Source: Chthoniobacterales bacterium
GTDB taxonomy: Bacteria > Verrucomicrobiota > Verrucomicrobiia > Chthoniobacterales > UBA10450
Direction: 5' to 3'
NCBI GenBank assembly: GCA_035274845.1
Contig: DATENU010000012.1
Span: 44,908-108,907 of the forward strand
Length of the DNA stretch: 64,000 bases
The notes under the pieces were generated by a model. That model saw only the letters and a program-made list of their open reading frames with translations. It had not been told where the DNA came from and searched no databases. Positions 57,014 through 64,000 of this stretch are shown in pieces. Each line of letters begins with the position of its first letter. The first letter of the stretch is position 1. Position numbers and translations under genes: made by a program.

Positions 57014-57549
57014 GATTTCGTGGTGCTGTCTTTTTCAATCCGCGTTTGGGTCGCGATCAGTTTTTCATAGAGACTGCGCAAACCTTCCGAAAGCATTTTT
57101 GTTCCCGAAAGAACCGGCATGAAATTCGTGTCGCCATTCCACCTCGGCACAATGTGCAAGTGAAGATGATCGGGGACGCCGGCGCCGGCGCACTGGCCAA
57201 GGTTCAGGCCGACGTTGAATCCCTGCGCCTTCATGGTCTCGCGCAGGAGCCGCTGGCCGTGCATGGCGAGATTCCAGAGCTCAAGCACTTCATTCTCCCC
57301 TAACGCGGAGGCGTCGGCCGTTTTCCGGTAGGGCACGGCCATGAGATGGCCGACGCTGTACGGATATCGGTTCATGATCAGAAAGGCATTCTTCCGGCGC
57401 GTCACGACCAGATGCGCGGCGTCGTCGCTCGTCCGGGCGGCATCCGAAAGAAAATCCGGATTTGGCGTTTCCTGTTCGAAATACTCCACGCGCCACGGGC
57501 ACCAAAGCGCTTCGATCTCGGCTTTAGGATACTGCATCAGGTCGTTCAA
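57010..57549 (-). CDS. HIT (histidine triad) family protein
   Basis: 179-aa ORF; HLHLHIVPRW histidine-triad motif. Confidence 0.85.
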   Translation of the reverse strand: MNDLMQYPKAEIEALWCPWRVEYFEQETPNPDFLSDAARTSDDAAHLVVTRRKNAFLIMNRYPYSVGHLMAVPYRKTADASALGENEVLELWNLAMHGQRLLRETMKAQGFNVGLNLGQCAGAGVPDHLHLHIVPRWNGDTNFMPVLSGTKMLSEGLRSLYEKLIATQTRIEKDSTTKS

Positions 57550-59081
57550 GTCGGACGCGAGACTACAAATCGCCTGGGCAAAGTCGAGCGGCTTTTCGCC
57601 CCGTCGCCGCTAGAGGACGATGGCCGGACGAGCAGCAGATAGCGTCTGCGATATCGGCCCGCGGGCTCCGAGCGCAGGAACATCTTCGGATCGCCCCCCT
57701 CGAAACGCTGGAGCAGTCCCTGCATTTCGTCTTCCGGCACCACCAGGGCGTCCCATTTCCCGGCGTTCCATTCGGCCACGGCCTGGTCCGGTTCTTCGAT
57801 GAACTCCAGCCGGCGAACATAGAGCAACAGTCCTTCGTCATCGCCGCCGACAATTGCGTAGCGCCAGCCGTGTTCCTGCGCCGCTTTTACCACCGCTCGG
57901 CCAAACTGGGCGAACGCATCCCTGTGTTTCCGATTCGCGTCGATGATTCGATTGGCCGCGTAACCAGTCGTCAGCAGGAAACCGAGGATAATTCCCACCG
58001 CGGCCGAGCAATCGATGGTCCGTCGCAGTCCTTCTCGCTTTCGAAAGTCCGCCATCATCGCGGCCAGGAGCAGACACAGAGGCGGCACTATCGGAAAGAT
58101 GCGGTCGATCCGTTTCGAGGGAACAAAGGACATCACCACTAATCCGCCGAGACTCCAGACCACGAGCCAGAATGTTTCCGGCGACATCCGGCGCACCGCC
58201 GCTCGCATCCCATCGCCACTTTTGCGGATCGCCAGGATCGGCAGCAGGATCAAGAGCAGACTCCACGGCGCAAAACGATGCAACAAGTGGGGCAAATAAA
58301 AGTAAATCGGCTGGGGCCGGTGCATCTCGTCGCTGAATCTTCCGGCAAATTCGCGCAAAACGACGTGCTCGATGAATTCCGGCACGAAATGAATTCCGCC
58401 GGCCACCCAGAGCAGGAAGATCAGAAACGAGGCCAGCCAGGGCAACCACCCTCCCCATCCGGCTGCCGCGTCGCCATTCCGCCGCTGTCTCCATTCAAAC
58501 GCTACGATGCCGGGCAACAGAAAGGCGTAAATGATCGGGCCTTTAATCAACATGCCGGCGCTCAGGAGGAGAAAGAGGAGCAACCGATCTTTCGTCGTCC
58601 AGCTCTCGCGCCGCCGAATTTTTTTCCAGATCAACCAGCCGATGGCGAAAACGACCAGCGCCAGCGGCATATCCGTCCGCACCAGTGAGGCCAGGCGCGG
58701 CACGAAGAGATTGAAACTAAAGGCGCAGCCCGCCAGTAAAGCGGCCAGGCGTCCGTATGTCGCCGCCGCGCGCACAATGAGCGCGAGCAACGCCACCGCC
58801 GCAAGAAAAGAAGGAAGCCGCCACGCCAGCTCCCAGGTTCGCGTCCCTGCGAAAAATGCAGCGGAGATCCAGCCGACCAACGGAGGCTTGGTCGCCACCC
58901 AGCCATTCGGCGTGTGTTGATACAACCAGTGACCGCGCTCCACCATTTCGTAGGAGGTGAAGGCTTGTTTCGCCTGGTCGTAATCATCCAGGTGCCAGGG
59001 CACATTCGAGATCGCGAAAAGCACGAGCGCCACTGCCAGCAGGCCCCAACGCATAACCCGGGAATCCAAAAAATCAGTCAC
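57546..59081 (-). CDS. Glycosyltransferase family 39/83-like (ArnT/PMT-type) polytopic membrane protein
   Basis: 511-aa ORF with more than 10 TM helices and an N-terminal periplasmic-loop motif region typical of GT-C lipid-linked sugar transferases. Confidence 0.65.
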   Translation of the reverse strand: MTDFLDSRVMRWGLLAVALVLFAISNVPWHLDDYDQAKQAFTSYEMVERGHWLYQHTPNGWVATKPPLVGWISAAFFAGTRTWELAWRLPSFLAAVALLALIVRAAATYGRLAALLAGCAFSFNLFVPRLASLVRTDMPLALVVFAIGWLIWKKIRRRESWTTKDRLLLFLLLSAGMLIKGPIIYAFLLPGIVAFEWRQRRNGDAAAGWGGWLPWLASFLIFLLWVAGGIHFVPEFIEHVVLREFAGRFSDEMHRPQPIYFYLPHLLHRFAPWSLLLILLPILAIRKSGDGMRAAVRRMSPETFWLVVWSLGGLVVMSFVPSKRIDRIFPIVPPLCLLLAAMMADFRKREGLRRTIDCSAAVGIILGFLLTTGYAANRIIDANRKHRDAFAQFGRAVVKAAQEHGWRYAIVGGDDEGLLLYVRRLEFIEEPDQAVAEWNAGKWDALVVPEDEMQGLLQRFEGGDPKMFLRSEPAGRYRRRYLLLVRPSSSSGDGAKSRSTLPRRFVVSRPT

Positions 59082-59087
59082 AACGAC

Positions 59088-59732
59088 TCAATCCCGCCAA
59101 ATCACCGCCCGGACCGGCCCGGCATCGCCGCCGTTGATCCGCAACGGCAGCGCCGAAAAATGGTAGGTGCCCGCCTCGATTCCACTCAAGTCGAGCGACT
59201 CGACAACGGCAATTTGCGCAGCGGCCAACGCGTGGTGGTTCACCAATTCCTTCGCCTCGATCGGATCGACGGAAGGCAGATCGAACCCAAGCAGTTTCAC
59301 CTTTCGAGCGCGCAGCCATCCCGGCACATCAGGCGCGATGATTGGAATCCAGTCGGGGAAAAATTTCGAATCCTTCCAGACGCAGGTCTTGAGCAACAAC
59401 CGCGGCGCCTTGCTCAGCGCATCCGAACACGACTCGATATCGGCGACGGTGATTTGTCGCGCCCGATCAGCCCCGAATTTCCTGGTCAGGTCCACGACAA
59501 CGGCGTCGCCCAAATAATTTTCGAGCGACATCTGCTCGATCGTCTCCGCCCCTTCCTCGAAATGAAACGGAGCGTCCGCATGGGTGCCGTTGTGCACACC
59601 CATCTGGATCGCCCCCACGTTCACCGTGGCCCCTTCCGCCATCTTCCATTTCAACTCGAAATGAAACGGCGCATCACCCGGCCAGGGCGCGAGGTCATTG
59701 GAGAGCGCCCGCGAAATATCGAAGATCTGCAT
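59088..59732 (-). CDS. kynB: Kynurenine formamidase / cyclase family protein
   Basis: ORF to 59744. HNGTHADAPFH (H.GTH.D.P.H) metal-binding motif. Confidence 0.8.
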   Translation of the reverse strand: MQIFDISRALSNDLAPWPGDAPFHFELKWKMAEGATVNVGAIQMGVHNGTHADAPFHFEEGAETIEQMSLENYLGDAVVVDLTRKFGADRARQITVADIESCSDALSKAPRLLLKTCVWKDSKFFPDWIPIIAPDVPGWLRARKVKLLGFDLPSVDPIEAKELVNHHALAAAQIAVVESLDLSGIEAGTYHFSALPLRINGGDAGPVRAVIWRD

Positions 59733-59818
59733 CCGAACCATCATGGTCGAAAGACCAGACCCCTACAATCTCGGACGGATGGTTTGACGCTGCGCGGGTA
59801 AGGAAATAGCCTCGATCC

Positions 59819-60403
59819 ATGGCCAATCTTGCTGAGCCTCCATCGCCCACGACCGGGGCGGCCCGCACCGATTCCAAAGTGCAACCGCCGGTTAATCTCA
59901 ACCACTGGATCGAAGAAAACCGGCACCTCTTCAAGCCGCCCGTCAGCAACCGCTACCTCTACGACGGCCGCGACTTCTTTGTCATGGTCATTGCCGGGCC
60001 CAACGCCCGGAACGATTTTCACCTGGTCGATTCGGAAGAGTATTTCTACCAACTAAAGGGAGACATCAAAGTGCGGATTCGCGAGGGCGACCGAATCGTG
60101 GATCACCTGATCCGCGAGGGCGAAACCTTCTTCATTCCGCCCAATGTTCCGCATGCGCCGGTTCGCCCGCCTGATACCATTGGCGTCGTGGTCGAGCGCC
60201 GCCGCCCGGCCGGCGAACACGAGCATGTTATTTTTTACTGCGAGAACTGCGGCGCCCTGGTCGAAGATATTGATTTCGATTGCGGCGACATCGTCCAGCA
60301 TTTCAGCCAGGCGATGCTCGACTTCTGGAACGATGACGCGCGGCGCACCTGCAAGAAATGCGGCCACAAAGTCCCGAAGCCCGAGCCGGTCAAGCCATTC
60401 TGA
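59819..60403 (+). CDS. nbaC: 3-hydroxyanthranilate 3,4-dioxygenase
   Basis: 194-aa ORF; cupin motifs plus C-terminal rubredoxin-like CENCG...CKKCGH, typical of bacterial HAAO. Confidence 0.85.
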   Translation: MANLAEPPSPTTGAARTDSKVQPPVNLNHWIEENRHLFKPPVSNRYLYDGRDFFVMVIAGPNARNDFHLVDSEEYFYQLKGDIKVRIREGDRIVDHLIREGETFFIPPNVPHAPVRPPDTIGVVVERRRPAGEHEHVIFYCENCGALVEDIDFDCGDIVQHFSQAMLDFWNDDARRTCKKCGHKVPKPEPVKPF

Positions 60404-60457
60404 GGTAGGGACATCGCGCTGCGATGTCCGTGGACGCCGCAGCGCGACGTCCCTACC
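60404..60457. repeat. REP-like palindromic element (family 4)
   Basis: ggtagggacatcgcgctgcgatgtccgtggacgccgcagcgcgacgtccctacc between the HAAO stop and the ACMSD start. Confidence 0.7.
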
Positions 60458-60465
60458 ATGTCTTT

Positions 60466-61503
60466 GTGAAGATCGATCTCCACACTCACATCCTCCCCCG
60501 CGAGTGGCCCGATCTCGACGCGAAATACGGCTATCCCGGTTTCATCCGTCTCGAGCATTGCGACGCCTGCAGCGCGCGGATGATGAAAGGCGACCAGTTC
60601 TTCCGGAAAATTGAGTCGAATACCTGGGATCCCGCGTCCCGCGTCGAAGAGATGGACCGCGATGGAGTGTCGATGCAGGTCCTTTCGACCGTGCCGGTCA
60701 TGTTCAGCTACTGGGCCAAAGCGGCCGACACCCTCGATCTTTCCCGCCTCTTGAATGATCACATCGCTGAAGTCGTCCGGGCGCAGCCGACGCGCTTCGC
60801 AGGCCTCGGGACAATTCCGTTACAGGATCCCGATCTCGCGGCCGGGGAACTCCAACGCTGTGTTCGCGATCTCGGTTTGCGCGGCGTGGAGATCGGAAGC
60901 CACGTCGACGCGAACGAGCATTGTCAGGGCGCTGACTGCCGGAACCTCGATCATCCTTCGCTCGACGTGATCTGGCGGACGGCCGAGGAACTGAATGCGG
61001 CTGTCTTTGTTCACCCCTGGGACATGCTCGGAAAGAGGCGGATGCAAAAATACTGGCTGCCGTGGCTGGTCGGGATGCCGGCCGAAACCTGCCTCGCGAT
61101 CTGTTCCATGATGTTCAGCGGCGTTTTCGACCGTTTTCCGAAGTTGCGAGTCGCCTTCGCGCATGGTGGCGGTTCGTTCCCGTTCACCATTGGCCGGATC
61201 GAACACGCCTTTCATGTCCGGCCCGATCTGGTCGCCGTTGATAACAAGAACAACCCGCGATCTTACCTCGCCGGTAACGGCAATCCGGCACGCTTCTATG
61301 TCGATTCGCTGGTTCACGACGCCGATGCGCTTCGCCTTCTCGTGAAACTGTTTGGCGTTAACCGCGTCGCTCTCGGTTCCGATTACCCCTTCCCGCTCGG
61401 CGAAGCGCATCCCGGCGCACTCATCGATTCGATGAGCGACCTCGCAGCGAACGAGAAGACGCAATTGCTCGCCGGCACCGCCCGCGAGTTTCTCGGATTA
61501 TGA
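60466..61503 (+). CDS. nbaD: 2-amino-3-carboxymuconate-6-semialdehyde decarboxylase (amidohydrolase_2 family)
   Basis: ORF 60424-61503. Start GTG 60466 (VKIDLHTHILP) lies just after the REP hairpin. HxH...H...D metal ligands of the ACMSD family. Confidence 0.8.
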   Translation: MKIDLHTHILPREWPDLDAKYGYPGFIRLEHCDACSARMMKGDQFFRKIESNTWDPASRVEEMDRDGVSMQVLSTVPVMFSYWAKAADTLDLSRLLNDHIAEVVRAQPTRFAGLGTIPLQDPDLAAGELQRCVRDLGLRGVEIGSHVDANEHCQGADCRNLDHPSLDVIWRTAEELNAAVFVHPWDMLGKRRMQKYWLPWLVGMPAETCLAICSMMFSGVFDRFPKLRVAFAHGGGSFPFTIGRIEHAFHVRPDLVAVDNKNNPRSYLAGNGNPARFYVDSLVHDADALRLLVKLFGVNRVALGSDYPFPLGEAHPGALIDSMSDLAANEKTQLLAGTAREFLGL

Positions 61504-61885
61504 AAACCAAAAGCGCGACGCCTCCCAACAAACAGCTCGCCACAATTGCTAAGCGTCTGCGCGATTTCGCCCTCGATTTCCCTGAACGACGGAGGCCTTC
61601 CCCTGGGGAGAAAGCGCCTTCAAGGTGAAAGGCAAGACGTTCGTCTTTATGCGACTGGATGGCGACGACCTCAGCTTCTCGGTGAAACTTCCGCACTCCC
61701 GCTCCAAGGCTCTCGCTCTCCCAGGTTCGGAGCCGACTCATTATGGGCTGGGCGCGAAAGGCTGGGTCACCCTGCGACCCAAAGCGAGAACGTCCGTCGC
61801 GCAGCTTCTCTCGTTCGTCGACGAAAGCTACCGCGCCATCGCTCCCAGGCGGGTTCTTGGAGTGCTCAAGGCAACAAGAAACTAA
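61500..61885 (+). pseudogene. MmcQ/YjbR family protein gene interrupted by a single-base frameshift
   Basis: Frame A 61500-61625 encodes MKTKSATPPNKQLATIAKRLRDFALDFPE then stops. Frame C continues TTEAFPWGESAFKVKGKTFVFMRLDGDD... to 61885. An A missing in gaa(a)cgacgg (about 61580) would restore the family consensus FPETTEAFPWGE. Confidence 0.65.
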
Positions 61886-61943
61886 TCCATGGTCTTGTGG
61901 GTCCCGGCGTTTTGGCACGTGGACAGCTTTGTCATGGCGTTCC

Positions 61944-63005
61944 ATGGGCAAGTTCCTCCGATCGCTGCTCCAAATCCTCTGCACTCTCACCATCGCCGTT
62001 GGATGCGTGACAGGCCTGTGTTCGCTCCTTCTCGTGGGCGCGATGTTGCTCGGGTGGGCGCACGACGGGCGACTAGTTGCGCATGAGGCGAGGCTTCTTA
62101 CCAAAAGCGTCGCGGTGCTTGTCCCGTCGTCTCTTGTTATCTGGCTCGCGGGCTTCCTCTATCGGCGATTTATTGCCATGGGAGACGATAGTTTTCGACT
62201 CGTACGTTCTTCCTCCGGCCGCCAGGAAAGAAGTGCCAACGGCGTTTTCGACATACTTTTCTTCGCGGTCTTTGCCACGGTCCTTTTCGGTCTTATTCCA
62301 GCGAGCCCGCTTCGAATTCCGACCCTAATCGCGTGGCTGTTGGTCGCCTTCGTCGGCTTACATGCCCATATTTTTCTGCATGAATTCGGACACCTGTTCC
62401 TTGCCGCCATTCTTCGTTTCAAACTGGCCGAACTGCATGTTGGCCTTGGAACGATGCTCGCGGCCAAACGGCTGCCCGGTGGTGTCCGCATCGTCTGGCG
62501 CCTCTGGCCTCTGGGCGGATTTGCGCACGCCTCCGATCGTGGAGGAAAGAATCCGAGGATCCGGCAGTCGCTCTTCGTGATTGGTGGACCGCTGGCAGAT
62601 GTCACAGTCCTGGCGCTGGGCTATGGTTTGATTACGCGAATTTGGGGCGGATTTGGTGAGGCATTAACTCGCAGTCCCGGAGGTTTTGTCACTGCGGCCC
62701 TGCTCTTCCGCGTCTTCGTCACGGTCCTGAACGGACTGATTCCACAGACCGTCTGGATAGGCGGCCGGACTTTGCGAAGCGATGCCTGGCTCTTGTGGCG
62801 AACATGGTTCGCGCCGCGCGGCGTAATTGGCTTTGCCGGCGATCCCAGCTGGCTTGACGTCTTGTCTTTGCTTCGATCTCCAGATCCGGACGCTCAATTG
62901 GCCGGACGCTCGAGCTACACCGCATCAGGAACTGCGTCTGAGCCAGTCAGTTTTCGGACACAGCAGTTGCGCCTGCAGTCGCGGATTCGGCCTGGCGGGC
63001 GTTGA
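61944..63005 (+). CDS. Membrane zinc metalloprotease-like protein (HEFGH motif, M50/site-2-protease-like)
   Basis: ORF 61743-63005; probable start ATG 61944 (MGKFLRS...); multiple TM helices and LHEFGHLFLAAIL HExxH motif. Confidence 0.5.
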   Translation: MGKFLRSLLQILCTLTIAVGCVTGLCSLLLVGAMLLGWAHDGRLVAHEARLLTKSVAVLVPSSLVIWLAGFLYRRFIAMGDDSFRLVRSSSGRQERSANGVFDILFFAVFATVLFGLIPASPLRIPTLIAWLLVAFVGLHAHIFLHEFGHLFLAAILRFKLAELHVGLGTMLAAKRLPGGVRIVWRLWPLGGFAHASDRGGKNPRIRQSLFVIGGPLADVTVLALGYGLITRIWGGFGEALTRSPGGFVTAALLFRVFVTVLNGLIPQTVWIGGRTLRSDAWLLWRTWFAPRGVIGFAGDPSWLDVLSLLRSPDPDAQLAGRSSYTASGTASEPVSFRTQQLRLQSRIRPGGR

Positions 63006-63008
63006 ACC

Positions 63009-63989
63009 TTACTGCATCCGGCGCAGATATTCCCGATCCCAGGCTGCGGGGATCGACTCCCGCGAACTGTAGGGTCCCGGCTCATACGCTCTCGACGCGA
63101 TTCCCTGCTGGCTCAGCTCGCACACGTGCCAGTCCTGCTTGTTGGTAATATCCCAAAACTCTATTGCATCCTCCGGCCGGAAAACGTCGCGGTCGAACGC
63201 GTCCGGGTGGAAAAACCAATCGCACACGATCAGGGTCCGCTCGGGCGATTGTGGCCAAAGCTGATGCACCATCACGTAGTCCGGGTGCATGCTTAGGAGC
63301 ATGTTCGGAAAAATCGAGTAGTAGAAGACGTGGTCCCCATCTTCGTGATGATAACCGATTGCCATCGCGCAGGCCTCTCCACTCATGGTCAGGCTTTTTC
63401 CTTTATTGACCTTCATGAATCCGCCCAGAAACGGTCCCTCCGACAGGTCGTTCTCCGCCGAGTCGTAAGGCGATATCTTCGACAACATTGGGTGCACTCC
63501 CGGACAGTGATAACACTCGGCATAATTCTCGAACATCAGCTTCCAGTTTGCCTTCACGTCGTACTCGACCCGCTTTGCTGATCGCAGTCCTGACAAATTC
63601 CATTGCGAAAACTTCCCTCGCAACGGCGCGAACCATTCCTCCAGAGAACCCGGACCGTCGTCCAGGTTCACAAAGATAAATCCCTCCCAGACGCCAACGT
63701 TCACCGGGCACAGCGAATATCGCTCCTTCTTGAACCCCTTGACCTCATCCATGTGCGGCGCCCCGATCAACCGCCCGTCTAGTCCATAGGTCCAGGCATG
63801 ATACGGACACTGGATCGCCGCGCCGTGGCCCCGCTCCTCCTCGCAAAGGCGCGTGCCCCGATGGCGGCACACGTTGTAAAACGCGCGCACCTCTTCGTTC
63901 TTGTCGCGGACGATGATCAGCGATTCGCCCGCCACATCCCGAACGAAATAGTCCCCCGCCTTCGCCACCTCCGACTGATGCCCGACCAA
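63009..63989 (-). CDS. Rieske [2Fe-2S] aromatic-ring-hydroxylating oxygenase alpha subunit (N-terminus probably beyond window end)
   Basis: CRHRG...CPYHAW Rieske motif and a catalytic mononuclear-iron domain (E.YHC.G.HP); the ORF reaches the window edge. Confidence 0.8.
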   Translation of the reverse strand: MVGHQSEVAKAGDYFVRDVAGESLIIVRDKNEEVRAFYNVCRHRGTRLCEEERGHGAAIQCPYHAWTYGLDGRLIGAPHMDEVKGFKKERYSLCPVNVGVWEGFIFVNLDDGPGSLEEWFAPLRGKFSQWNLSGLRSAKRVEYDVKANWKLMFENYAECYHCPGVHPMLSKISPYDSAENDLSEGPFLGGFMKVNKGKSLTMSGEACAMAIGYHHEDGDHVFYYSIFPNMLLSMHPDYVMVHQLWPQSPERTLIVCDWFFHPDAFDRDVFRPEDAIEFWDITNKQDWHVCELSQQGIASRAYEPGPYSSRESIPAAWDREYLRRMQ

Positions 63990-64000
63990 GACCCAATGCG

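Overview
High-GC (about 60-65% by eye) bacterial chromosomal segment, mostly housekeeping genes on both strands. No rRNA, tRNA or CRISPR array was recognised. The gene content is: glutamate dehydrogenase, a Cys/Met-metabolism PLP enzyme, MurJ, Nif3, pgl, MsrA, FabG, HolB, Tmk, a serine hydroxymethyltransferase ORF with an in-frame N-terminal LMW phosphatase domain, zwf-opcA, QueA, family-4 UDG, squalene/phytoene synthase, HemW, UppS, PurA, an M23 peptidase, UppP, Gmd, MutL, ErpA, HIT, a GT39 transferase, a KynB-HAAO-ACMSD kynurenine-branch cluster and a partial Rieske oxygenase. Some proteins (DUF2339-like giant membrane protein, cNMP-binding/DUF4388 protein, PHP-glycosyltransferase fusion) suggest a Verrucomicrobia/Planctomycetes-like organism, but this is inference only. 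The region is unusually rich in small intergenic palindromic/REP- or MITE-like repeat families, two of which form tandem arrays (about 293 bp x2.3 at 5841-6530; about 256 bp x2.1 at 55737-56290). The most notable loci are four. (1) A small cassette (67-aa protein plus minimal nucleotidyltransferase, ATGA start/stop overlap) sits immediately 3' of the serine hydroxymethyltransferase ORF and is followed by a diverged duplicate of the last ~170 bp of that ORF. That is an att-like island/CIME signature, and a lower-GC two-gene islet (membrane protein plus CDP-alcohol phosphatidyltransferase) lies next to it. (2) A 51-bp near-perfect copy of an internal murJ coding segment lies about 830 bp upstream of murJ, flanked by 19-bp direct repeats and abutting a 29-bp perfect palindrome. 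It is a possible antisense/long-range RNA regulator or a footprint of an insertion. (3) An LMW phosphatase domain is joined in frame to serine hydroxymethyltransferase through a G/S/T-rich linker. (4) A PHP-domain::GT4 glycosyltransferase fusion follows a DUF2334 deacetylase-like gene. Also noted: heptanucleotide x4 tandem repeats inside tmk (3' end) and hemW (5' end), an operator-like motif array upstream of the cNMP/DUF4388 gene, a structured element upstream of erpA, and a frameshifted MmcQ/YjbR gene.
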